DNA of 64,000 bases, from positions 21,274,125-21,338,124 of the forward strand of contig CAVNZM010000001.1 of the NCBI GenBank assembly GCA_963693365.1, read 5' to 3'. Source of the DNA: Amoebidium appalachense. Its lineage: Eukaryota > Protista > Ichthyosporea. The translations under genes and the position numbers were made by a program. The notes under the pieces were generated by a model. The model did not search any database. It had not been told where the DNA came from and saw nothing but the letters and a program-made list of their open reading frames with translations. Each line of letters begins with the position of its first letter. Position 1 is the first letter of the stretch. This document shows positions 25,234 through 38,118 of this stretch, piece after piece.

Positions 25234-28127
25234 CTTGCCGTGCTGTGATGTGTAGCGGACAAAGTTCTTACTAAAGACGGATGGGCCGTTAGAAGATTTA
25301 TAAACCTGTGCTTAGAGAGGAGCGAACAAACAGCTGCGTGATATTTAACCAATTAATATGATAGAAGGCTTTTCCCCCAGGACCATTTACACACTGAAAT
25401 CATTCGAGAATTTCGAATGCAAATTCTCGACTTCACGATCGATCTTAGAAATGGTAGAGTTATTGCCTATGGTTTTGGGAATAGCGACGCATTTCATTCT
25501 GCATCGCGCACACATGAGACGGCCTATTGTCTTCTTTATGCTGCTTATGACATTGGTGGGCCAAGAAAACGTATCCTGCTAAAATGATATCAATATCTTG
25601 ACTCTTTTAGACATACGGTGACAGCTTGCAATGTGTATTACAATTGCATGCCTCGAGGATCCCCCTCCAAAGAAGCTTTTCTTTCTGTTTTTCTTGCGAG
25701 CGCAAAAGTCATGAAGTACTAGTCGTTACAGTCATCACATATGCCATACATACAACACCCTTTGTACATGCGACAAGTTAGCACGTATTCTAGAGTGTTG
25801 TTATTATCTGGGCTACAGAGATGAAGCATTGAACTATTATTGTGTTTTTTAGTCAGAACTCATGGAACTCGAAACCCTCGGTGTGGAAGGAGGCAAAGTT
25901 GGCGAGCGATTAGCCATTCGGAATTCCGGACCGCCGACCGCGGTAATTTTGGCGGGGAATAAGCCACTCGGAGAAAAGAGGCAAGGATGCCGAGGGAACT
26001 GAGCAGTGGCCAGCCACCAGGGTGTGAAAGTTGCCGTTGGGTAGGGCTACACTTTGGTCACTGTCTTCAGCCTGGATTGCTTTGGGGTGCCTATCTTTTT
26101 TTTGCCCCTAATAGGGACACTAGCCCAAAAAATAATGAAGCTAGCCTGAAAAGTTAGGGACACATTTCGGGGTTTCTGGGACCCACCATTCTACAGCCCT
26201 GCTTTTATGTTCCCGGGGCCGGATATCCGCGTGCAAGGCTTCAATGCGCACTATTTTTAGACCGCCCAGGCTGACACGCAAAAGGAGTGGCTCCAAATGT
26301 CAATTGCAGAACTAAGACATAACAATGAGTGCAATAAGTATATTAATAAAACAAATGTAGGTTGTCAATCACTTTATATTTCATGTATTTCATAGGGTAA
26401 CAGGCCCCGGAGAGATATCGATGACATCAACGGGTGCTGGTAATGTTGCCTGATCACGCAATTTTGATGCAGCTTTTGTTCAGGGTGTTGCTCACATGCA
26501 TTCCTCGAGAGTCAAGGAGGGAGCTATGGATTCGCTTATAACTTTTTCATGATACCTATACGATTGCCAAGAAAGGAAAACTTGATGCCAATTTTGTTTT
26601 CGTATCCTTTGAAGTTCTGTTTATTTCGAACTACGCCTGCTTCGCCCGCCAATTACTTGCGATGTTAGCTCGTGCAGATCTAACATGGTGTGGTTTAAGC
26701 CAATAGGGTTTCTTCACTATCAGAGCCAATCAACGAACACCTCTGCACTGGGCGGCTCGCGAGCCCGAAGAGTGAGGAATCCAATAATCCAAGTCTCAAG
26801 AGCCTGAACGTGAACGGTTATTAGAGTCTAAATAAGGTACCAGCAAGAAAGTGCCGGCTGTTCGTAAAACCCTCTCCCTTTTTTTTTTTTTTTTTTTGCA
26901 TTCTAATCCTTTTTACTTTCTTGAAATCATCACCTTGAAAAGAGCCTCTCATATGGGGCCTGAGAGCTTCGAGAGCACTGGCATCCATTTTGCTCTTGGG
27001 CTCGGGCAATGCGCAATAGCAAATGGTACTGACCTATAGAAGTACATATCACATATATAATTATATAAAAATATGGTGTAAATGAAAAGCAATTGCCTGT
27101 AGTATAGCTACCCACAGAGGGGAAGCTGTTCATGAAAAAAGCTTTGCTTTTTCGCCTCATATTGAAGCTCATCTGTGCAGTTCTTGTTGCTGATTGGCCA
27201 TATAATGCTCGCCAATTAAACCACGGGAACTGAAGCATGGTGTAATACGATTGGATAATATGAACCAATAGGAGACTTGTTACGCATCCCTGGCTTCCAA
27301 ATATGGACGAACAGCTGATCTAAGGGGACGCAGGAACTGGGCCCCGTGAGACTGTGGGCCGGGCTTTTTTTTTTTTTTTTTTTTTTTTTCCCTTTTTTTT
27401 TTTTTTTTTTTTCAAGGGAGGGCGGGGCACCAGTCAGCCGGGTGTTTGAACATTGGCTTTCATGATCAAGTAGTTAAAAGCAGTGTCAGGCAGAGGGCAG
27501 GGCACCTCTACAATATGTACATATGTGCCTGCAAAGGCTGAGGGATGTAGGGTACCGGAGGCTCGCTCGATCACCCGATCATGCGCATGCATGGGGCTTC
27601 GAATTCCCGGATGGACTCGGTTCCTCCGTGGCCGGGCTGCCAAGCTGGACCATCGATCCCAGCTGCTGCTGCCAAGTGTCAGCTGCATGCCCGGTTATTC
27701 ATTTATTATTATATTATATTATGATTATATTACATACTGGAGTACCGGCCGCGGTACCGGTTGGCCAGGGAAGGGGAGTAGTTGGTAAGTAGCGGAGGAG
27801 GGAGGGGGGAGGAAGGGGGGGGGGGGGGGGGGGGGGGGACTTTGGGGGGGGGGGGGGGGGGGGGGGGAGGGGGGGGGACTGGCTGTGGCTGGGGGGGGAC
27901 TGGGGCGGGGCGGGCGAAGCTGGGGGGCCCGGGGGGAGCTCCGGGGGGGAGGGGCGGGGGGAGAAAGAGGGGAGGGGGAGGAGGGGGTGCGCCAGGCGGG
28001 AGCAAGTGAGAGCTGGGGGGGCTCGCGATCGCGAGAGAGAGAGGGGGGGGGGGGGGGAGGGGGGGGGGGGCGGGGAGGAGAGAGAGAGAGATCTGGAAGA
28101 GAGGGCCGGAGGGAGGGGGGGGGGGGG

Positions 28128-28161
<34 letters not shown>

Positions 28162-28324
28162 CTGGGGGGGGGGGGGGAGAGAGAGGGGGGGGGGAGGGAG
28201 AGAGAGAGAGGGAGACGGAGAGAGAGAGCACAATGACTCGCGCAAATACACGTGCACTGATGTGCGGCAGCGTGGCCTTGCACAATCCGGCCTTTCTGCA
28301 TGATCTTTAAATCAATACTCAATT

Positions 28325-28355
28325 GTAGAGGTGTGTGGTTCCATCGGGGCCCCGG

Positions 28356-28396
<41 letters not shown>

Positions 28397-28633
28397 CCCA
28401 ATGGTGTTACCCGCCGAGGTACCAGGGGAAGGAGGGAGAGAGAGAGTAACCACGTCCGTTCATATCCGCACAATGCAATAAGGCCGCACTTGCTGCCAGC
28501 CAACCTTATTGCACTAAACGGATATGAACGGACGTGGTTACTCTCTCTCCCTCCTTCCCCTGGTACCTCAGTGGGTAACACCATTGGGGGGAGGGAGGGA
28601 AGGGGGGGGGGGGGGGGGGGGGGGGAGGGGGAG

Positions 28634-28664
<31 letters not shown>

Positions 28665-28688
28665 CGGATGGGACCCACACGCCTCTAC
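28325..28688. repeat. Long inverted repeat / foldback
   Basis: Arms 28395-28468 and 28519-28590 are near-perfect complements. They are extended by a C run opposite a G run and by outer arms GTAGAGGTGTGTGGTTCCATC / GATGGGACCCACACGCCTCTAC. Confidence 0.9.
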
Positions 28689-28822
28689 GGTTAAGTGGGT
28701 AGAAATTCCGGGGAGAGGGGACGGGGATTGCTAATCCGTAACACAGAGTGAGACTGGGTTCCCCTGCCCGGCCGTGGGGAAATGTGTTTACAGTTTTTTT
28801 TTTTTTTTTTTTTTTTTTTGGT

Positions 28823-28865
<43 letters not shown>

Positions 28866-29626
28866 CTACTAAAAAGTTATTGAAAGGAAGGAGAGGTGGG
28901 CAGGTGGGTGCACATGTTGTGGAGAGGGTGGGGGTTGCGGGGGTTTGAGGGGGACATAAAAGATTAAACCCCTCTTGAGGGCGCAAGCGCATCCGCAGAG
29001 TATACTTGCTGCCAAGGCAGAGTTATTTTTCGGAACCAAAATTATTCAGCAAAAATCAGAATTATTCTGCTTTGAGAGGAAGTGTTCTGCAAATATCCCA
29101 CGAACGTCATTCATTATGAACTTGCTGCAAGCGAATTCTTCATCAATAAGCAAAATAAACGCGACTTAAATCCCCAAATTGAAGCACAATCATTCAGCAA
29201 AAGTAAAGTCATTCAGTAAAATAAGATGCATGAGAGAATTTCTTGGCCAAATTCTAAAAGCAGAAACATATCCAATAAAGAAAAATAGAAGAATTATATA
29301 AGCAGAAAAATTCAGCAAAGCAGGAATTTCAACAGAACTATTCGTTAAAGCAGATTTTTCAAACAGATATATTCAGCAAAGCAGAATTATCTGCTGCGGA
29401 TTATATCCCCTTTGGTGGTCCTCCCCTCTCCTTTCCACCTCTCGTCGACCTACTCTGGTGGGTGGTCTTCCCCCCCCCCCCCCCCCCCCCTCCCCCATCC
29501 ACCCACCCACCCACCCATTCACCCCCTGCCCTGCAGCACCCAACGCAGCGGACTCTCTTCAACACCATTTTCCGACAGAGGGCCCAAACGGCCCAAGGAA
29601 AAGAACAAGGGAAAGAGAAAGCGATA

Positions 29627-29742
<116 letters not shown>

Positions 29743-31548
29743 ATGTGTGTTCGTGCGTCAATGTGTGCGTGTTCTTGCCGATGCCGACCTAGTGTAGTGG
29801 TGGTGCCAGTAGCTCTCTGGAGTGGCCAACAAAAAACTTCCGGGAGTGCTCTGTGTAGTGCCTGCGAGGAACATGGGAAAGGGCCCATCGTGGGCAGGAC
29901 CAATCACATGCAGGCATGTGGCAGGGACCGTACCTCGTCAGCCAACCACCTTGGAGCCCAGGCAGGAGGGCTGAAATCCCTCATTTTAGGTGTGGTGGGG
30001 GGAGTTGGTCGTGAGGGGTCGCAGGTTATTATGCCGTGACTCTGCAGGTACTGTATAGGTACTACCCCCCCCCCCCCCCCCCCCCCCCCCTCCCCACACA
30101 CACACCAAGATGAGGCACACACCATCGTGCCCCGTGTTAACCATTGGGCTTATTATCCGCGGTTGCTGAAAGATTGTTGCCTGATTAAATGCCACCCTGC
30201 CAGTTGGGGTTGGGTGTACGTGAGTGCCGTAGGTGGGGGGTGTTGTGAGTGCTGGGAAGGGAGGCCATGAAACGTGGTCGGACGTGGATTGGTGCATGTG
30301 AGGGAGGAAGGGTCTCTTATGATAATACGCCTCCATGCGGCCCACTATTGAACTGCAGGCACATAGGGGCCCCTGCACTGGCACCTGCCGCGGCCGGTTC
30401 TATATAAAGAGGGTTCTCCTCTTTCTCTACGGGCCATGTAATTCCGGATCTTAGGTGCAAAAATCGTCAAAATCATCTTGCATCTAAGCGCCAACCCAAT
30501 CACCATACCTCGAAGCAACCGTTTAAGTGATCTAGAAGGATCTACTGCCTGGTTGGTATCATCGTTAATGGCACAGCCTCTTGCCGGCTACGACCACGTA
30601 CGGGGTTCAAATGCCCAGTGTATACTACTTAGGAGACAAGTGTCCGGTTCCCACTGGTGTACATGTGCATGTGGGCTAATATTAGCGAGCATAATTGATG
30701 GAGTCAAACCCTTAAAGCAATACAGGGGTAGGATGTATATAAGATTACGTGAATTTTGGCTCTAGCCACCTAGGATCTTATTTCCAGACCCCCCTAGCCC
30801 ACTATAGGAAAAGGAAAAAATCTTAATTTTCATATACGTTCTGGGGGCTAGTGCACTAGAATCTTGGTTTTTCTAAAATTTCTAGCGCTAGCATCTTACA
30901 TTCGGTAAATCTTAGATTTAGCCTACGCCTGTAAAACCATGGTCTGGACACTGTCACCCATCCACACCCCCACCAACATCCACACCCGCATGTCATGCCT
31001 CAGTCACCCCCCACCCAGGTACTGTTCCGACTACTGCTGGCGCTGCCCTTCACCATATCATCTCCCCGGCTGGCTCCCCGCCGCGGGCTCCCGGCCTCCC
31101 CCCCCCCCCCCCCCCCTCCCCCCCCCCCCCCCCCTCCCCTCCCCCCTCCTCCCTCCTTCTTTGAGGTTTGTCACATACATGGCCGAACCGGAACAGTGCC
31201 CAATAAGCTGGTGCTGCATAGAGCAGAAAAAATATCACTGGTTGTATAAGTTGCCACAGCCACAGCTGTATCACTGGCGGATAGGTTCATTTCATGTATA
31301 TCTCGGACCATTCATTTCAGTCAGGGGCAGAGAGATCTGCTGCCATATCAAACCATTCACGCATGCATACCAGCATTCATATAGATGGAAACAGATTCAA
31401 CAAACACTATACCGTAGTAGTGTAATCAGTTGTCAGAAGGGTGTGGTTCTGTACATGTGTACATGCCTGTGTGTGTGTTTGTGCGTATGTGTATGTGCAT
31501 CTGTTTGTGTGATGGTGTATGTGTGAGAGCTATGTGTGTGTTGGAGCA

Positions 31549-31608
<60 letters not shown>

Positions 31609-31734
31609 TATGTGTGTGTGTTGCCCAGTCGGGACTGTGTGAGTGTTGGGTGTTAAGGTGTGGCTGTGTGTTGGTTCATGTGTGTCATTGTATGTGGGTG
31701 AGTCTTGGGAGACCCAGTGCCGTGCTGTGATTGG

Positions 31735-34102
31735 CTACTGCAGCAGCACCAGCAGGGCAGCCAATAGGCACAGGTGCAGGGCTGATGGCCGGGGGTGTGG
31801 CGCAGTGCTGGGCACGTTAGTGGGCACCGTGTTGACGCCCCCACCCCCATAGCCTGTCTCGTTTGTGATGGGCGCTGTTGTCACCCTCCCTGCCACCCCC
31901 AGCATCAGTGACCACCTAATCACTATGCTCCACTAGCCAATCACTATGCCCTACTAGCCAATCACTATGCTTCAATGGGCCACTAGCCAATCATTATGCT
32001 TCAGTGGGCCACTAGCCAATCATTACGCTTCAATGGGCAACCAGCCAATCATTAAGGCTTCACTAGGCGATCATCTAACCCTATGTAGCCAACATCATGC
32101 TTCACTAGGCCATCATCTGACCCTATGTAGCCAATCATTGCTTCACTAAGCCATCATCTGACCCTATGTAGCCAATCAGTATGCTTCACTAGGCCGCCAG
32201 CCAATCAGCATGCTTCAATCACCATGCAGGGCCATATAATCACGAGTCCATGTGTGTGCATGTGCACCAGGTGTGTGGGCACTCACTGTGCGTCGAGAAA
32301 CCTGAGGTAGTCGTCCCAAAAGGAGGGCACGCCGTCCCAGGGGTCATTGGGGGGCACCAGCTGGCGGTCTGTGGCGTAGAAGTAGCGCAGGTTGGCCTGC
32401 CAGGCCGTCTTGGCCTCACGGAACGCAAACTCCTTGCTGGCACTGGGGGGCAGGCACTTAGCGTCTTGCATGGTCTATTGTCTCAGTGGGGCAGGCACTT
32501 AGCGTCTTGCATGGTCTATGGTCTCAGGGGGCAGGCACTTAGCGTCTTGCATGGTCTATTGTCTCAGGGGGCAGGCACTTAGCGTCTTGCATGGTCTATT
32601 GTCTCAGGACGCAGGCACTTAGCGTCTTGCATGGTCTATTGTCTCAGGGGGCAGGGTGTGCACAGCCCAGAACGAAGCAGAGAGGCAGAGGGAGAGAGCA
32701 ACAACCAGGCAACCAGGCAACCATGTGGCTGGTGCTCTAATCTCTCACTCTCTCTCTGTGTGCTGCATGGGCCCTTTGGCAATGCGGTGGGGCACGCAGC
32801 AGGCACGGCCCCAACACCCACACAAGGCAGAACACACCAGTTGCCCAGGTGCATGCTGACACAGGGACATGCGCTCGTCATATCTCAGAAATAATCAACA
32901 CAGTGACTCGTCAGATCTCAGAAATGGTCAACACAGTAACTCGGCATATCTCAGAAAGAATCAACACAGTAACTCGGCATATCTCAGAAAGAATCAACAC
33001 AGTAACTCGTCATATCTCAGAAATAATCAACACAGTAACTCGTCATATCTCAGAAATAATCAACACAGTAACTCGTCATATCCCAGAAATAATCAACACA
33101 GTAACTCGTCATATCCCCGAGATATCCAACATATTGGGGTACATACCTGTGGACAAAAGCAGCCACGCTGATGGTGCGGTTGTTGACGGCCTCGATGAAG
33201 GGCTCGATGTGGTCGGCCTTGGGCATGTTCTGGGGGGGGGGGGGGGGGGGGGGGGAATGTGAGGATCCAGCCCATGGGGGGGGTGGCACGGTGCAGGATA
33301 CGGGCAGAGAGCATTTTGGGGTGGAAGGGGGTACCAATGTATATACAGTTAGTGTGCAACACAAGCAATGGCATGAGGGTGGTGGGTGGGGAGGGGAGGG
33401 GGAGAGAGAGAGAGAGAGGGAGAGGTTCCATCTATACACAGTATATGTGCAAGAATGCACTGGGAATAATGTGTTAGTGTAGGTGTGGGATGGGGGATGG
33501 GCGGGGGGGGTCCAATTTACGCACAGTGTGTGCAAAAGGAATGGTAAAGGGGGAGGGGGGCCCATACTGCACACCACGGGCCAGGGCCAAAGCTTCCAAA
33601 TTGGGACGATGGCTGCACACTGCTGCAGTCGTCACCTGCACGTGCATGGTCAGAATCGGCCAATGGCTGCTGAGCATTAAAGGGGCTGTATGGTCAGCAA
33701 TAGCCAATGGCTGCTAAACATTAAAGGGGCTGCATGGTCAGCAATAGCCAATGGCTGCTAAACGTTAAAGGGGTTGCATGGTCAGCAATCGCCAATGGCT
33801 GCTAAACGTTAAAGGGACTGCATGGTTAGCTATAGCCAATGGCTGCTAAACGTTAAAGGGGCTGCATGGTCAGCTATAGCCAATGGCTGCTAAACGTTAA
33901 AGGGGCTGCATGGTCAGCAATAGCCAATGCCACATCTCAAAAACACACACACAAGCACACCGAGGCTCTGAGATCACAAAGCAGCTTGCAGGCCCCCTCC
34001 CCTTGCCACACACATCCACACAAGCAAGCACACGTGTGCAAGCACGCGCGCGCACACACATACACACATGCGCGCACACGCACGCACATCCGCACACACG
34101 CA

Positions 34103-34149
<47 letters not shown>

Positions 34150-35394
34150 GGAGGGCGCCACTTGTAGGCATAGGTCTCAAAGGGGACGGAGATGTCAGCC
34201 GGCTGGGGCATTGCCGGCTGGGGGGTGACGAGGTCAAGATGCACGAACGATCCGGGGTTAAGAACAACCGTGGCGCTGGGCAGGGCAATCTTGGCGTAGT
34301 TGATCAGCTGCGTGGGTGGGGGGTGAGGGCGGGGACATGGGGTGGCAGAGGGGCCATGCTCGTGGTGTCCATGCATGCATGTATGTACGTGCCTGCGTGG
34401 TGTGCCTGCATGCATGCACGTGCCTCTGTGGTGTATGCCTGCATGCACGCACGTGCCTGTGTGCTGTGGCTGCATGCATGCACGTGCCTGTGTGCTGTGC
34501 CTGCATGCATGTACGTGCCTGCATGCACGTGCCTGTCTGCCGTGCCTGTGTGCTGTGCCTGCATGCATGTACGTGCCTGCATGCACGTGCCTGTCTGCCG
34601 TGCCTGTGTGCTGTGTTTGCATGCATGTACGTGCCTGCATGCACGTGCCTGTCTGCCGTGCCTGTGTGCTGTGCCTGCACGTGAGGCTGCATGCCTACCT
34701 GCTGGTACCACCAGATGTGGTTCCAGCCCTGCCAGTTTGTGACGGTCTGGTAGTAATTTGTGGTGTCGTCCAGGAAGAACCCCGCAAAATTTGGCACCCC
34801 GGCCATGTCCCGCACCCAGCGGTTCATGTCATTCTTGACCAGCCACTGATCCCTGCGCCCCCATGTCGGTGTGTGCACGTGCACTCTCAGTGTGTTGGTG
34901 CGGGTGCATTCCAGTGCGCACGTGCAAGTGCATGCTAATGGGCATACACGCATTCTAGGCTAACATGCAATCACACACATACATGCTGATGCGCACATGA
35001 AGCCCATTTTAATATGTACGTGCATTCTAGTGTTCATGGCATGCTAGTGTGCACATGCATTCTGCTGTGCAAGCGTGCATGGATGCTGATTGGTGGCACG
35101 GCTGCACTCATAACTGTAGTGTGTGCCTCAGCGGCATGCACAAGACACATGCAGGTACGGTGCATGCAGGGAGGGGGTGTGTGCATGACTGGCCACCTGC
35201 ACACCGAAAGGACATCACACAGTGTGTGCCCGTGAGCCAATGGGGCCATGTGCATATATCGGTGTGAGGCACATATTGGCTGGGGTCATGTAGATGTGCG
35301 GGCAGAGTGTGTGCTTGTGTGCGTGTTAAGGGGCAGTACAGAGAGGGGGTCGTGGGCGACGGACGACAAGGGGGGGGAGGGGGGTGGAAAGGAA

Positions 35395-35444
<50 letters not shown>

Positions 35445-35635
35445 CTAGGGGAGAGTGAGGGGGCTTAGAACGTGTTGTTACAGAGTAGTAAGTACAAATT
35501 CATGGCAGACAACACCATGCAGAGTGCAAAGCACACATAAGGAGTATGCATCATAAACCCATCCCCAGCCCCAGGGAGGGGGCCAAGTCAACCACAGTGC
35601 CCAAATTCGGGGGCGTCCCGGGGGGGGGGGGGCGT

Positions 35636-35674
<39 letters not shown>

Positions 35675-35917
35675 AGGGGGGGGAGGGACCCACCTCATGC
35701 CCGTTGGCTTCCACACGCCGGTGTTTGGGTCCATGCCGGAGTCTTTTGTGTGCACATAGCCAACCATCCGCACACCCCGCCGCCCAAGCTCCCGCATGCA
35801 TGCCTGTATGTGTGTGTGTGTGTGGGTGTGCGTGTGCGTGTGGGTGTGGGTGTGGGTGTGCCTGTGTGTGTGCCTGTGCGTGTGCGCATGCGCGTGCGCG
35901 TGCGCGTGCGCGTGCGC

Positions 35918-35956
<39 letters not shown>

Positions 35957-36866
35957 TGTGCGTGTGTGTGTGTGCGCGCGCACGCGCGTGCTTGCGTGTG
36001 CGTGTGCGTGTGTGTGTGTGCGTGTGTGCACGTGGTACAACCGCCACTATGTGTAAATATTATTTGGGGCGCATTCAAATGAGTTCTTCTCACATAAAGG
36101 TAGCGTGTATGTAAATCTCAGAAAAAATGTTGATGTGCATTCCTGCTCTGCATGAGCCTGAGTCACGGTGCCGACTGTCTCTGCAACACACCATTCAAGT
36201 ATGCCCTCGCTCCATCCCCACCCCCTGTGCCCACATCCCACACATCATTTCAGGGCCATAACAGGCACTTACCTTCAGTGCGGGCAGGGCCTTATCCCCG
36301 TCAGGCAGGGGGCCACTAAACGGGTTGACCACGGCCACCACGGCCCTGCAGCCCTTAGCCACGGCCAGGAAGTATTTGTCCGTGCACGTGTCTGTCGATG
36401 CGTTGTAGCCAATCAGCGCCGCACGGAAGTACAGCGGCAGCAGCACGGCCGGGTTGGCCTTGGGCAGCCACTCATGCGTGTACAGGCAGTCTGGGGGAGT
36501 GGGGGGGTCACATGGTGTGGCCATATATGGGCATGCTGTGTGGCCATATATGGGCATGCTGTGTGGCCATATATGGGCATGCCGTGTGGCCATATGTTGA
36601 CATTCTGCAACACGCATTAAGCGCTACATGATAACATGCAAATACGACATCAGGGAAGGGGGGGGGGGGGGAGGGGGGGGGGGGGGGGGGGAGGAGGGGG
36701 CGGAGGGAAGAGGCTTTATCTCCTAGAACAATGGATACAGCACCAGAAGAAAAATAGGAGAGGAGATGAATATGCAAGGCAAAAGTGAACACACGGGATA
36801 TGCAACAAAAAGCAACAAAAGCAGTGTTTATGTGCCCCGACCTGAGGGGAATAGGGGGAGGCGGTG

Positions 36867-36904
<38 letters not shown>

Positions 36905-37111
36905 CCTTGGGGAGACAGCTTAAAAGATAATACATGAGCATTCTGTTTGCCAGATGTGTGAACGGGCTTTGGCACTGTGTGTGTGTCGGGGGGGGTGTCT
37001 GCGTATGGGGGTGTGTGTTGGGGGGGATGGGGGTGGGGGGGGGGGGGGGGGGGGGGAGGAGGAGAGTAGGGGGGCTGCTAGGGGAGGGTTAATAAATGCT
37101 CGGGGGAGATC

Positions 37112-37151
<40 letters not shown>

Positions 37152-37163
37152 ACTGCCCAACAG

Positions 37164-37194
<31 letters not shown>

Positions 37195-37305
37195 CATACA
37201 CATGCAGGCGCATATGCAGGCCAACACACAAACACATACACACAAACAAGCACACACACATAACACACACACACACACGCACACACACACGCACACGCAC
37301 ACGCA

Positions 37306-37358
<53 letters not shown>

Positions 37359-37480
37359 GCTGTCTGATTGGATGCACCGTCCATGCGTGGGGCAGGCACG
37401 TGTGCTGTGGTGTGGCCGTGGCTGCTGCCTGCAGCTGGCCCGGCAGCAAAGGCCAGGCAGGCGGCTATCCTATGGAGCAT
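31735..37480 (-). CDS. Spherulin-4 family (GH135/Sph3-like) secreted protein. Exons 37480-37357, 36490-36273, 35803-35694, 34852-34699, 34307-34148, 33635-33568, 33229-33147, 32442-32286; it then either stops at the TGA at 32285-32283 or splices after 32286 to 31915-31735 (GPI-like tail)
   Basis: Motifs [63 protein letters not shown] follow the spherulin-4 pattern. The N-terminus [14 protein letters not shown] is hydrophobic and the phases are consistent. The last exon is less certain. Confidence 0.82.
31916..32220. repeat. Degenerate AGCCAATC-containing minisatellite filling the putative last spherulin intron
   Basis: Repeated CTAGCCAATCA(C/T)TATGCTTCA and CATCATCTGACCCTATGTAGCCAA. Confidence 0.85.
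32446..32655. repeat. ~40 bp minisatellite (5 copies) abutting a spherulin acceptor
   Basis: Unit GGGGCAGGCACTTAGCGTCTTGCATGGTCTATTGTCTCAG. Confidence 0.95.
32873..33120. repeat. 33 bp minisatellite (~7.5 copies) near a spherulin donor
   Basis: Unit CTCGTCATATCTCAGAAATAATCAACACAGTAA. Confidence 0.95.
33645..33930. repeat. 44 bp minisatellite (~6.5 copies) abutting a spherulin acceptor
   Basis: Unit GCCAATGGCTGCTAAACGTTAAAGGGGCTGCATGGTCAGCAATA. Confidence 0.95.
35480..35608 (-). mobile_element. Old diverged copy of the G-run-associated element (spherulin intron)
   Basis: ACACCATGCAGAGTGCAAAGCACACATAAGGAGTATGCATCATAA...GGGGCCAAGTCAACCACAGTGCCC aligns with the young copies. Confidence 0.62.
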
Positions 37481-37485
37481 GATGG

Positions 37486-37578
<93 letters not shown>

Positions 37579-37717
37579 AGTGCGTGTGCGTGTGTATATG
37601 TGTGAGTCACGGTGGGGATATGTAAGTAGACAGAAGCTTGGGTGGATTTGTGTGAACTTGGGTGGGTATGTGTGTCTGTGTGTGCGTGTGCACATGTGCA
37701 TGCGCGCGTGCGTGTGC

Positions 37718-37760
<43 letters not shown>

Positions 37761-37767
37761 TGTGCAT

Positions 37768-37798
<31 letters not shown>

Positions 37799-37822
37799 AT
37801 GTGTGTGTGTGTGTGTGTGCGC

Positions 37823-37853
<31 letters not shown>

Positions 37854-38033
37854 TGTATGTGGGTGGGTGTGTGGGTGAGGGAGGGGGGTATGTGTGGCTG
37901 ATACAGTGATGCATCAATGGCTTGGTGTGGTGTGCATGTGTGTGTATGTTTCGGAAACACTGTGTTGAAATAAACTAAACGATGTTTGGAAGTGTGCCTG
38001 TGCCTATGCATGTGTGTGTGTGTGTGTGTGTCT

Positions 38034-38118
<85 letters not shown>

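Noticed and set aside
23551-25248. 565 aa plus-strand ORF
   Set aside because: Antisense shadow of the GC3-rich permease, with no recognisable motifs.
26019-26201. hAT-like MITE with CAGGG...CCCTG ends
   Set aside because: The inverted match is short and imperfect, with no 8 bp target-site duplication.
32873-33120. Minisatellites as CRISPR arrays
   Set aside because: The units are head-to-tail with no unique spacers, there are no cas genes, and the context is eukaryotic introns.
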